The notes beneath the pieces were generated by a model. It was not told the origin of the DNA. It worked only from the letters and a program-made list of their open reading frames with translations, and did not search any database. From Utricularia gibba (lineage: Eukaryota; Plantae; Magnoliophyta): a stretch of DNA of 64,000 nt. The stretch spans positions 1,054,001 to 1,118,000 of the forward strand of contig NEEC01000017.1 in NCBI GenBank assembly GCA_002189035.1, read 5' to 3'. This document shows positions 13,701-26,218 of the stretch, piece by piece (positions within the stretch are counted from its first letter, which is position 1; the number at the start of each line of letters is the position of its first letter). The translations under genes were made by a program, and so were the position numbers.

Positions 13701-14787
13701 TATGAAGAATTCATACTATTCATTAACTTTTCAAACTATGGATACTTGAAAAATACTAACAGAAAGTAACATGAGATCATTTGGAATGAGAGTCTTCCAT
13801 GCTAATGAAGTTTGACAGAAGCAGCGAAGTAACAGTAGGAAAAGCAGGAGATAAGCTAATATTCAGCAAGGGAATAGCCTCGTGGGCATTTCATCCTGTT
13901 AAATATACCTGAAACAAGTATTGTAAGAAATTTCTTTCAAGCGTTTCAATTTCGTCATTATTCAAATTCTGCTGCTCCAACTTTTCAGCGCCATGAACAG
14001 GATCAAAGAGGGAATACAGTTGCTTCCAATAAGAGTAAAAGTAACTAATGAGGCCCTAAAAATCTGGGAGAAAAATGTCTACAGAAACATAATGGAAGGC
14101 ACTGATACCATGAGGTCCTCAAACTGTAACGTATACCAAGCTCTTATGGTATACTCTATCCTCTTGCATAATTTCAGAAAGTCAGCACGATCAGAACTGT
14201 GCTCTGCGAGGAATTCAGAATTACATATAGAATGGATGAAGAAACTAAATACTGAAAATGAAAGACCAAATTACACAATATCTCTTCGCTGTTTTGTTAT
14301 GAATATCCGTCACTACCGTTTTCATTTGTTTACTCCCTATCAAACATCCAAATTTCTTCCCCCCAAGGAAAAATGAGATTAATCCAGTTCATATATATTT
14401 AGGTTTCTCCACAAACACATCGATCGAAAAAATATCAATTTTGGCCCACTTTCTGCAACTAACCAATTTCATATTCTCCAGACCACAAGGAAAATGACAT
14501 TACGCCACTCTCACACTTCTCTCTTTGTAATCTTAAACAAGAATCGAAGTTTTCCGAAACAACAAAAACACCGAACGGAAAAGAAATTCAAGGTTACAGA
14601 ATTTATAGCCTTCGAACGTTGTTCCTCTACATAGGAATTGAAATCAAAGAGAAAAAGTACCAATGAGATTGGCCAAGTGAACGATCAGCTTAGGCTTGAG
14701 GATTGGGATTACGGACTCCCGCTCCAAGCGAATCATTATCTTGTTCTTCCTCATCGGCTTCCTTTCTTCCGCTTCGTCTTTCGCCAT
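10767..14787 (-). CDS. DUF3754 / TMEM143-like membrane protein (At3g19340-like), multi-exon
   Basis: Spliced translation: [34 protein letters not shown]..|[30 protein letters not shown]|[11 protein letters not shown]..|..GQYLLNLPI..|[11 protein letters not shown]..|[14 protein letters not shown]|[24 protein letters not shown]|..[30 protein letters not shown]|..[16 protein letters not shown]..|DTIGRYY. One intron is GC-AG (12987-13119). Confidence 0.92.
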
Positions 14788-15479
14788 CGTCTTTCACATC
14801 AGCAATAACGGCTCTCTGCAGAAAAAACTGACAAGACAGGATAGATCTGCTGTTAATGCCTTCATAATATCTGCAACGGAAAAAGAAATGCAAAATCATG
14901 TGCCACCCTCACGTGATTTAAAACAAAATAGCCGTCTTTTAAACGTATATAATCCTAAAATTGGAATTTTTTTTTAAAAAATAGCAATAACAAATACCTA
15001 ACTTGTAATCACCCTAAATTCACAATAATACCACATTAGTTAAGAAATGAAGAGAAGAAATAATTAAATATAAAAATCACTTTAATTTTGTATAATTTTT
15101 TTAAAAAAATATAAAATTATAAGAAATAAATATGTAAAATGAATAATATCATATAATGAAAAGATAAATCGTAACATTTGATACGCTAGGTTAAATTGGC
15201 ATCACTCAACTTATTATCATTTCATCTAAATTAAATTATTATAAAAGCATAAATTTAACCTAAGGCTTGTGCTAGAACCATGATTCCCCCAACAGCTCCC
15301 TATCCATATTGTCACTATGGTTTACAGCAACTGAGACACGACCTTTCAAGCGAATGATTTTGAAAAATAATTAATGTAAAATAATTATGTAAGAAAATTA
15401 AACATCTTATATATAATTTTTTATTTTTAATGTGTAAAAAAAGAAATGAAAGATGGGTACTTTTATAAACAACCCCCTT

Positions 15480-15885
15480 TCAAGCAGGGTATTTATCAAC
15501 AACTTGCACATCCCACAGCATTTTATTCCAATGTTGAAGACCATGTTCTGAGGGTTCCTCTACCGTGCAGAAGTTGCCCAAATTGAACCTTAGCCTGAAT
15601 TGCATTCCATCACTGAAGGCTCCCATTCGGAATCACAGAGTACAGGCCATGTCTGTATGACCCTTTTTGCTGTGACTCCTGGAGGAGAGGAGGGCTTAAG
15701 GCTGTCAGGTGTGTTCCTTGGCCACACTTGAGACTTATGGCAGCCTTTCCATCAACAAACTCCACAGCCCAGAGCACGTTAGCAGTCAATCCACAAATGA
15801 CTGTCAGAATATCATCCTTTGCTAGGATGTATCTGCCATTGTGGCTGACCAATTTGGTTGTTTTTGCCTTTTGTAAAAGGTCCAG
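15480..15885 (-). pseudogene. DUF569 (actin-crosslinking/beta-trefoil-like) family pseudogene
   Basis: Frame-hopping translation gives (CTG)DLLQKAKTTKLVSHNGRYILA..LWAVEFVDGKAAISLK..THLTA / LPGVTAKRVIQTWP..SEWEP / DGMQFRLRFNLGNF / LHGRGTLRTW / MLWDVQVVDK. This follows the DUF569 pattern MELFQKAKxVRLRSH..KYL..WxVE..IRLKS..YLTA..KKVLQT..VEWEP..GxQVKLKT..GNFLRA..W..WILWDV. The start position is CTG, there are several frameshifts and there is an internal deletion. Confidence 0.78.
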
Positions 15886-16346
15886 TATAAGTTTTTCTTG
15901 GTTGAATTTCAATCAATGCAAGAAGTCAGAATCCAACTTTCGATTCTTGCACATTGTCAACTTATATTACTCCCTGTGAAACAAACTATGATTTCCTGAA
16001 ACGGCAGTAGATTACATCCGTCTGTAGAAAAGAGAAACCAGGTTACCTATTAATCCGATGACCATCCATTGTTGTTGATTACTAAACACAAAAGCCAAAA
16101 ATGCAATAAGCCTTCGCAAACATGAAACATTCGGCAAGTTCAACAAATAACGAATACATCATACATAATATGGAGGTGCTGTACTCTGGAAAAACTTGCA
16201 AAACAAAAAAAAATTCAAATAAAATGAAAGGAAACCAGTCTAATGAGTCCCATTTGTTGGTGGCTGCATGCAAAATATTATAACAGAATCCACTGAATGA
16301 TGTAGATTCGAACATAGCTTATGAGTTCAGTCGAAACATATAATGA

Positions 16347-17608
16347 TCAAGAACCATTCATCTTCCTTTTTTTCTTTCTTGAGGCAAAGCTACTAGCCCC
16401 AATTTCTACTGAAAGCCGCTTCGTCCTGTAGAAGGTACAAATAAACAGTAATTTCAGTCAATCCGAAAATGCTTAGGGTGAGTGGATGAATTTTATACTA
16501 TATATATATATCACAAAAAAAAAACATGATTGTACGTACTTATTGGATAGCTCTCCAGCTTCATCTTCAGCAACTTCAGTTCCACCATCTGAAAAGTGAA
16601 ATGTTAATATTTATTAATATTGAGAGCCAAAAGTTCGTTTATATGTGTGGTTAGTTATTGAACCTTGGATAGCAAGAACAATAGAAAGGTCATTGGGCTA
16701 TGGACCTCGCAACTTTTAAAATTGTCTTTAATAGTGAACTGAGAATTTAATACCTTCATCAGCAACACCATCATCCGGAAATCCTGAATCTGAACCAGGA
16801 GACCATCGATCGCCTCCATCATCACAGTCCCAGCGTTCCCCAACAGGAGGCATCCAAAAATCTTCTTCACTCTCCACATCACTACTCTGTGCAGTGGAAT
16901 CCCTTACTTCAGAGACTATCTCATCAGATCTCTTCTCTTTCCTAAAAGTCTTCTTCTTTTTCAAACTTTTTTCTCCACCCTTCTTCTCCTCTCCTTCCGT
17001 GTTGGTGCCATTTTCTACATTCTTCTCGGCCTCCATTTTTTCTGTTAACTTCTTTGTTAAAACATAAAACTGATATACCTAGTAAAGAAAGTTAGCAACG
17101 ACTCTTTTGAGACAAACCTAGAGCATTCATAAAACGCCTCCCGTTTATATGCTTCCATATGTGCTCCTCGGTCTTGTTAATTGTAGCTCCTGTCAACTTG
17201 CATACCAACTTCAAACTGAAAATTGGAAGACAATCCACACAATTACCAAATCCCTTCTTCAAAAACAAAAAGATTTCTACCCTCTTGTCTAAAAAGCAAT
17301 AAAGAACCCGCCATCAGCAGATTCTTCACCACACACAAATAAGACAAGCAACGCAAACTCAACATAAACAAAAAACTAGAAATTTACCGAGAAGCAGGAT
17401 CCTGCTTGAACATATTGAGCGGCGGCTTTCCTCCAGCCAAGGCTGCGTCGATGAGCCCCAATCTACAGTGCTTTGATTGGGAGTAAGAATCTTTCGATTC
17501 ACCCGTTACCTCGTGTCCCGTTTCAAAGCATTTGAATCGGCCATTCTCGAGCTTCTCAAACGTAGGAGCGCCAAGAAGATTGTGACCTTCTTTCTTCATC
17601 TTCTCCAT
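16347..17608 (-). CDS. SURF2: Surfeit locus protein 2 (SURF2) family protein, 5 exons
   Basis: Translation MEKMKKEGHNLLGAPTFEKLENGRFKCFETGHE..HCRLGLIDAAL..KPPLNMFKQDP..|LKLVCKLTGATINKTEEHIWKHINGRRF..|acidic region with DFWMPPVGERWDCDDGGDRW|..|TKRLSVEIGASSFASRKKKRKMNGS*. Splice phases are consistent. Confidence 0.9.
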
Positions 17609-17864
17609 TGCCGCAGCTAAAGCCTCTCTCTAAACGCAGGAAGCCAAGAAAAACTTGCCAAGGTTTTCCACTTTTCCTATTGGGCTTTTGTGATAAATCT
17701 CAAGCCCAATTACCCTATATTTTCTTCAGCGCAATTACGATTTGGCCGTTGAGGGCAAATCTGGTAAATTACATGAGACAAAAAGCGAAAAAGGGCGGGA
17801 AGGAGAACACCCCGCGAGAAGGGCAAACGCCGGCGTCAATTGAAACCGGAGAACAGCAATTTGG
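17609..17864. promoter_or_regulatory. Bidirectional promoter between SURF2 and TOP3alpha
   Basis: There are 256 bp between the divergent ATGs. Site II elements TGGGCT (17681-17686) and AGCCCA (17703-17708) and an E2F-like GCGGGAA (17795-17801) are present. Confidence 0.7.
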
Positions 17865-20800
17865 ATGGCGGAGGGACGGTGGCTGAGGGCATTGAACGTA
17901 GCGGAGAAGCCGTCTGTAGCTAAGGCAGTTTCTGCGATACTCGCGAAAAATAGTGGTATGAGAGTGAGAGAGGGTCGGTCGAGATACAACAAGATATTTG
18001 AGTTTGAATATGTACTTCCGAACCAGAAGCTGCACATGTCGTTTACTTCAGTTACTGGGCATCTAATGGAGCTCGATTTCGATGACCGGTATCGGAAGTG
18101 GCATTCTTGTGACCCCGTGGAACTCTACCATGCCCCTGTCAAGAAATTTGTCCCTCAGGTACACGCGTATGATGATATTTTTTGTTGAAGGTTTGGCAGC
18201 TTGTTCTCGGTTTTAGTGTCTTTTCTATTTATTGGTCTGGGAAAAGCGATTGAGTTACGCCATGGGGCATGAAGATACAGGTGTTCAATTACAATTTAAT
18301 TAGTATGGATTAGAAACCTGCATTAGAGAATTTTTGATAATATATTGCTTTTAATTCTGTTTTCAACTGAGATTTGCTTGTTAATGGACCTATGCATGAG
18401 ACTGTGTTACTCCCACTGTATGCTTTTAAAGTTATGGACATTGTCATTGGCCAGTACAAGTAAAGTGTGTTACTCCCACTGTATGCTTTTAAAGTGTTTT
18501 ACTTCATCCTTCAATTTTTTAAATTCAATTAAGCTTGGATTGATAATGAATTCTATGGTACGTTTTGTTTGGTTTAGGATAAGCTGGACATTCAGAAAAC
18601 ATTAGAAGAAGAGGCTCGGAAGTCTCAGTGGCTTATTTTGTGGCTAGACTGTGACAGGGAAGGAGAGAACATAGCATTTGAAGTCATTGAAATCTGTACA
18701 CGAACAAATCGTAATCTTAACATCTGGAGAGCTAATTTTTCGGCCCTTATAGAGAGGTAGGATTCTTGAATTATCATTTAGATGTATTCAGAATACGCGC
18801 TTCAATCATAAATAAGTAGAGCAGTCTCTTGTGATTAGGGACATTCAAAATGCAATGCAGCGCCTTGGCCGGCCTAAACAGTTGGATGCTGATGCTGTAG
18901 ATGTTCGGCAAGTGAGATAGATATGCTAATTTTTCTTTTTTAGTTTTTTTTTTTGCATTTCTCTGATTCGTAGCTTACCTATGTAAATGTTATTCCTGAA
19001 GAATGTTTCATGTGTTCAAACAAGATGTTATCATGTAGGAAATAGATCTTCGGATTGGTGCTTCTTTCACACGTTTCCAGACCATGCTCTTAAGAGATGC
19101 GTTTGTCCTGGATTTCGCTGCTGATAACAACAATGTTATTTTAAGCTATGGCCCTTGTCAGGTAACTATATGTTTCAATTAAAACCAAGTTTTTGTTCAT
19201 ACTTCATTGATATCTTCTAATCAAATGTCTTAAATCTCTTTGTGTATATTGTGATTATCCCAGTTCCCTACTCTGGGGTTTATTGTGGAGAGGTTCTGGG
19301 AAATACAATCACACGAACCTGAAGAATTCTGGAGTATTGGGTGCACTCATGCTTCAGAAGAAGGAATCACTAAGTTCAATTGGATGTAATCATCTCTCAC
19401 TTGCATCATTTGTCACAAACTAGTAGGGTTGATTCTTATTCTTTTGCTAATGGCAGGCGTGGACACTTGTTTGACTACACATGTGCTAGTATTCTGTATG
19501 AAATGTGCGTCCAAGAACCTACTGCAACTGTGAGTTCAACTTTTTTTATCAATCGTTTTCAACATTTTTATCAATCGTTTTCTAATTTTAACTCTCTTTT
19601 ATGTTTTCAGGTAACAAGTGTACGGCATCAAGAAAAGCTGAAGTATCCTCCTTATCCTTTGAGCACGATTGAGCTTGAGAAGCGGGCTTCACGTTACTTT
19701 AGAATGAGCTCAGAACATACAATGAAAGTGAGAGCACTAACATATAGAACTCACTAGATGTCATTGTGTGGTAACATCATCTTGTGAAAATGGTTGCACT
19801 AATCCATGTTTGATGGCATTGTCACTTGAGTTGGTGCTTTTTTAATATTGACTTGTCATGTAGATTTTCAGTAATTACTAGTCACGCACATCACTTTTTT
19901 TTATAGATATAATGCTTGTGCCTATAGGAAATCCTTGAAGTATTAAGAATGTTTTGAGTATATTAGATATCACATGCCTTGACCATGTAAAATTTTCATA
20001 TTATGGCTGCGTACTTACATGCATTTCTTTATTCTTCTGATAGGTCGCTGAAGATTTGTATCAGGCTGGTTTCATAAGTTATCCTCGTACAGAGACAGAT
20101 TGCTTTTCGGAGCGAACAAACTTACGAGTATGTAACTGACAGTTGTCACGATGTATCTCATTTATCCAATGATGTATCTCGCAAATACTGCATGGCATTT
20201 TTCATCACATGTATTCTTTATTTTCATCTGGATCTCTCTCAAGACTTTTTTGGTATAGGCAATTGTGCAAGAACAACAAGAACATCCAGTTTGGGCCTCA
20301 TACGTGCAGAAGTTGCTGGATCCTGAATCTGGTCTGTGGAGAAACCCTAGTAATGGTGGACATGATGACAAAGCTCACCCTCCTATCCACCCCACAAAAT
20401 TTTCAGCTGGAGAGTCTGGATGGAGTCAGGATCACCATGTTTGTATTGATTTTTACTCCCCCTTCGTCTCATGATTTGTAATAATTTTTCACCTTAAAAT
20501 TTCAACTGATTTGCCACAGAAAGTCTATGAACTAGTGGTTCGCCATTTCTTAGCATGTGTTTCTCAACCAGCCATAGGTGCTGAGACTATTGTAGATATT
20601 GATATTGCCGGTGAGCAATTTTCTGCATCTGGGAGAACCATAGTTGCTGTAAGTTTAATTACCCTCTGATCATTTACTCTGGTTATGATCTACTGATTTC
20701 ATGTATTTCATTATGGCAGTAAGGTGAATTTTTATTGCTAAATTGATTTCTTGTTTCCATTTACATCCATATGCATGGGCTTTATTTTTTTGTTTTAATT

Positions 20801-23800
20801 CAAGCTTTTACAGTCAAAGGAGCATTATGCCCAAATTGTTTTCCCATCGATTGCAGACATCATGATGTATCTTAGCAATCTCACTTCATCGTTCCTGAAT
20901 GATGCATAATAATGAATTTTTTATGGAAATTTTTTTAAGGCACACCATAACTACTTTTTCTTGTATGTGTATTCATTTATCATTGCAGAAAAATTACTTG
21001 GATATTTATCGATTTGAAACATGGGGAGGTTCCCTCATCCCAACATACAACTATGGACAACAGGTTTGTCTATATATCCTAATAGGTTAAGATTACATTG
21101 TCTTGGGAAAGCATTTCTATGTTGATGGTAAGACCATCTCATGTTTCAGCCATGCTAATGTAAAATGCTTTTTTTTTTATGCAGTTTATACCTACAACTC
21201 TAACTCTAGATTCAGGAGTCACAAGGCCCCCTTCTCTACTGAGCGAAGCTGATTTACTTGGTTGCATGGATAAGGTAAGAACTACGGATTCTTCACAGTT
21301 TAAGGCATTTCCATTTATGGTTTAAAAATCAAATGTTATCTATTAATTTTATAGGCAGGTATTGGAACAGATGCAACCATGCACGATCACATAAAAAAGC
21401 TTCTTGATCGGTGCTATGCCATCAAAGATTCACAAACACGTTTCTCTCCAACAAAGATTGTAACTTCTTAACTTGCTTTTTCTTTGTTGCCTTTTTAAAC
21501 TTTTTTGGGGATGCAAATGGGCACAATCATGTCCTATGGCCCTTTGTAGCTGCGTTTTTTAAGTTCTAGATTAAAAAATCTGAGGCTAAGTAATGACTGT
21601 GGGAGTTTCATGTGATTTCAGGGAGAGGCTCTAGTGATGGGATACGATGATATGGGGTAAGATGATAACTTCCAACGCATTCTGTATATGTGTAGTGTTA
21701 CCACTTTCTGTCAGAACTTTCCAGTTGCTGAATGATCCTGAAATATGTGATTTCAATAATAAATGTGAAGTACGGAATCAGATTGAGAATTCACTGGAAG
21801 TTTTTATTTTTTTTATTTCTTTTGCATCAGTTATGAACTTTGGAAGCCACATCTCCGAGCTGCGATGGAAAGTGACATGAAATCAATTAGTGTGGGTGAA
21901 AAGAGAAGAGAAGAAGTTCTGGAAGCTTGTCTGCAGCAGATGAAAGCTTGTTTTTTGGATGTAGGTTTAATGTTCTTTTTATTCCTTGGATTGTTAATCT
22001 TCTGCTGCAATGCATATTTTCTTTGGATTTAGCACTTTGTATTGCTATTCTTCCTTTTTATCCTCTTCTACTAATAAGATCTGCTTGCAGGCTAGATCAA
22101 AAAAAGACAGGCTTTTTGATGCCATGGCTGTTTTCTTTGAGAGGTAATATGTAGTGCTGTATAATCTTAAAGATGTATGAATATATTCAGTGTCTTTTCT
22201 GTGCTATGTAGATCAACCAGATCCAATTCTAATGAGCAGCATACATCTGGGAGTGTCGTTCGAAAATGTGGTCTTTGTCTGGAATCAAATATGGTTCTTA
22301 AAAAGAAGCCGGTACTTACATGATACCTTTTCAACTGTATTGGGGCCAATTTTGGCGAAGGGTTGACAGTCCTGATGAACGTGCAACATACTGTGTTACC
22401 ATTTTTTTGTTCGTTTGTGCTATAGCAAAGAACATGTCATTTATATGAAGTGCTTGTTCAACATCTAGGGTGCTTTAGAAAGTCATTAACTGGATGATCC
22501 ACAAAATACTATTAGAGCATCTGAAAATCATCAGTGCGTATATGTAAGCACAATGCATTATGTATGATAATTATTTTAAGTTCACATACCACCTAGTTTT
22601 ATCAATCATAAACCAAGAAATAGCGTGCATCCAAGAAATGCTGCAAGCTATCTGCCTCTATATAAAGTTGAATGTATTTAGATTGATTTTCAATCTCCCT
22701 TTGAAGATTTATGCCATTTATCTGGTGCGCAGGATGGAAGCTTCATGGTGGGTGCTTGGGCTACCCTCTAGTAAGTTTCTTTTGTTACATGGTCAAGCAT
22801 GTCATGAATCTGTGATCACATAGGGGCGGTTTAGGAAATGGTGGCATTTCATTTTGTGAGTTTCATTGAGGGGAAGGAAAATATTTTTCTTTTGCAACAG
22901 CTTATTTGTTTATCGATTCTTTTCTCGTGTCATTGTAGTCTAATGTGTTCTTGCATTATCTTTATTTTTGCAATAAACCGTGTAACTGTAAATTGGTTTG
23001 TATCTCTACTTTTTGTAATGCTGAAGTGTAGGAATGTTGTGTGGCTTCCACGTTCGGTTTCAGAAGCACTGGTTACGACCATTCCTTGTGGCACTTGCTC
23101 ACCAGGTTTGCAGATATTATTTGTATTTACTTAATTCTTCAGGTGTGCTTCCACCCATTATAAATAAACTTAGACGTTCTTGTCTCATGTGCCACCTGAT
23201 TTCCAACTGTCATCTTCACTACCTGCCCTCAAAATTTCCCTGCCTGACTTTGCTGAACTAGATCCCTCTATTTTCTTACGCCTCATCTGATGTTCTTTTC
23301 GTCTATAAACCCGTTGAAGGTCCCGTCTACATGGTACAATTTAAATTTCGTCAGCTGGAGATACCACCGAACTACAATGTTGATCATTTAGGTAGGTGTA
23401 CACTTTTGGTCATGCTTTCTTGTTCATAGATTTGCATACTTTCATAAACTGTGCTTCTTCTATAGCACGTAAGATGATGGATCTATTGCTTTACAGCATG
23501 CTCTGCAGGAAGCTGTAAATTAACTAAAGACAATATATAAGTAACAAAACAAGAGAATACTCAATGTTTAGCATCTCAATTAATAGGTTTTTGTCTTTGT
23601 TCATGATCTCGCATGAAAATCTTCAGGTTGCATAGGTGGTTGTGACTCTATCTTGAGGCAGTTAGCTGACATATGCGGAACTGGCCCGCGCAACAACTCA
23701 ACTGCACCTGGTATATAATTTTTTTTTATTTGCAAGTGTTTTATCTTGTAAACCGTTTCTAAATTAAGTTGCATTCTTCAGCTAAATAGATGTCTTCGGT

Positions 23801-24762
23801 ATTTTTTTTAACTTTTTCGCTATCTTCAGCCACTGGAAGAGGACAAGCACAAACAGCGTCACGCATGAGCACACCACTCAGTAATTCTAGGAATCAGGTT
23901 TCTCGACAGGCAGCGATTCCTCCACCCTCTGATTCATCACCAAATACACAAGGTAACAATATTTAGGGAAGCTACATTTCCCACATAGTTTCTGCATAAT
24001 CCATATGCTTTTTCGCGGTCATCCAAATTTGTCGAAGTGCAGAATATTCGGGTATAATATACTGTACCTCGTTTCATCAGATGATTGAGCAAACAGATTG
24101 CTTTTCAGTATACCATTGTCTGGAATTGCTAGGATTTTCTGTGCATTGATCTTCATGAGCGTCACATCATTCTCTCGCGCAATACTTGATTTTGCAGTAG
24201 ATCTTAGTTATTGTCTGCATGAAAATCAAGCATTAGAGCCCTGCTGTAGAGTTGACTGACATCGACCTTTTTCTCCCTCCCTCCCTGTTTTCCCACATGA
24301 TGAACCAGGTGAACCCTCTATTCCTTGTGCTTCCTGTGGAGCACCTTGCAATCTGCGGACAGCCAACACTCCAGCAAACAGAGGGAGAAGGTTCTATTCA
24401 TGCCGGGACAATGGCTGCAACTTCTTTGTGTACGCCAACTTACTACGATCCATCCCCATCTTTATGTATTGTTATTATCATTCATACTCCATGCCTTGAT
24501 CATTTTCCAACTTCCCACTGGAGTGCAGGTGGGAGGATAATGCAGACATCCGAGGAGCCACCTCGAGACAAGCCCCTGGTAGATCCACGGCTAGCTCGGG
24601 AGGCGTGGCGGAGGTGGCCGGAGTAACAACGGGAGGAGGAGAGCACAAAGAAACGATAGAGGATCATTCGTTTCTGCATCCGGCGAGCCCATTTCTGGTA
24701 GATGCTTCATTTGTGGGGAGGCTTCACACTTCTCAAATGCCTGCCCCAGCCGCAGGAGGTAG
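17865..24762 (+). CDS. TOP3A: DNA topoisomerase 3-alpha, >20 exons, with two apparent 1-bp deletions
   Basis: TOPRIM motifs [37 protein letters not shown]; VDVRQ|[12 protein letters not shown]; LSYGPCQ|FPTLGF; the catalytic region [10 protein letters not shown]; [15 protein letters not shown]. The T1 zinc ribbon (CGLC..C..C), GRF finger ([29 protein letters not shown]) and terminal CCHC knuckle ([15 protein letters not shown]) follow. The frame slips at 22750-22752 and about 24598-24600. Confidence 0.96.
18403..18495 (+). repeat. 30-bp exact direct repeat in TOP3alpha intron 1
   Basis: TGTGTTACTCCCACTGTATGCTTTTAAAGT occurs at 18403-18432 and 18466-18495. Confidence 0.9.
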
Positions 24763-26218
24763 AAGTCTGGGCTGATAAACCAACCCCCTTTAGGTTTGTT
24801 TCATTTTGGTGGGCTTTGAGTGGCTCTTGCTGAGTCAGTCAATTTCCTAAATTTGCTACTTTGAAAAATGATGGTAATATATGGTATTAATCTCATTTAA
24901 GGATCAATTTTATTATATAATAAAATGGTAGAAATGAAATATTTTCGATTTTTTAAATAATAAAGATGGTATTTAGATAATATAATTAAAAAAATGTTCG
25001 AATTAGGATATTAAAATTTATAAATTACCAAATAAATATAATCTACTATTTTTTAATGTATTTATCAAATAGTAATTTTATATCAAAACAAAAATAATAA
25101 TTTAATTTAAAATTTCAACATATCAAGTATTCTAAAAATTAAATTTTATTTAATTTATTGAAAATAGTATATTATTTTTATTTTTAAATAGTAAAAAATA
25201 TATTAAAAATTTTAAATATATTATTTTTTGACAAATAATAGTAACTAAGCTATCATTTTGATAAATAGTAGAAATTGAAAGGTCTATTAAAACTTTAGTT
25301 AAATTTTATTTTGTAATTAAATTTTTTAAGAAGTGTCAAGGGGTGGCAAATTTTTTAATATTTGTCATTTAAAAAATATTTCAAATAGTAAATTATTATA
25401 ATTTTTAATTAAGTAAATAATAGCAAACGGAAATGGAATAAAGAATATTCTTTTTTGGACTTTTTTTCGTAGGGGTGGCATCGTCATTTGGCGGGGGTAT
25501 TCAGCGGAGGGCAGTTGAGAACTCATTTTCGCGTGTCTGGCTTGCAGTCGGTTTCAACTTCCAACTCAAGGATATTCTTCTGGTGAGCTTACTGGACTTC
25601 CCGATCCGCCGGAATTTGCTACGATTTTCAGCTAAATTTCTCTTAGTCTCCATGTGTCGAGAGTTGTTGGTTTCAGAATGTGAAAATGTGTTGATTATCA
25701 TGTTATTGATTTCTTTGTTTGCAGCTTGACATTCTTCCTTCTTACTTCCTGCGATCGGCATGTTTTCAGTTCACGTAACGTCATGGATTTGGATTTTTGT
25801 ACTTAATGTATCTTCGGTGTGCAGTTAGTTGAGCTGCTGGTGACTGAATTGCTTGGTTGTTTAATCAGATCTGCTTGTGCTAATGTTAAGATTTCGGATT
25901 TTATGGGTTAGACGATTCATGTGAACTGATGCACGGTTTTATGGCGCTTGCTGCTTGAAAATGAATGCTGCGGACTGATGCAGGGGTCCTTGATTCAAGT
26001 AAACATGTAGCTTCATGGATCTGTGTAATTTGGAAATTTAAAGCTTGAAACCAAAAGTAACAGCACATGTTGCTAGAGTTTTGCCTGTGCTGTTACTTTT
26101 GGAGCCACTGGTTATTTGGAAACATGTCACTGAGTGGATTATTTCTATATGCATCTGAAATGTATTTCCGTCTTGTTTGAATGTCTTGTCACCTGCTTTT
26201 TCAGGCAATAAGAGGAAC

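Noticed and set aside
24850-25430. AT-rich block with TTTGCTA...TAGCAAA ends as a MULE-type MITE
   Set aside because: The terminal match is only about 7-9 bp with no clear target-site duplication, which is not distinguishable from chance in very AT-rich DNA.
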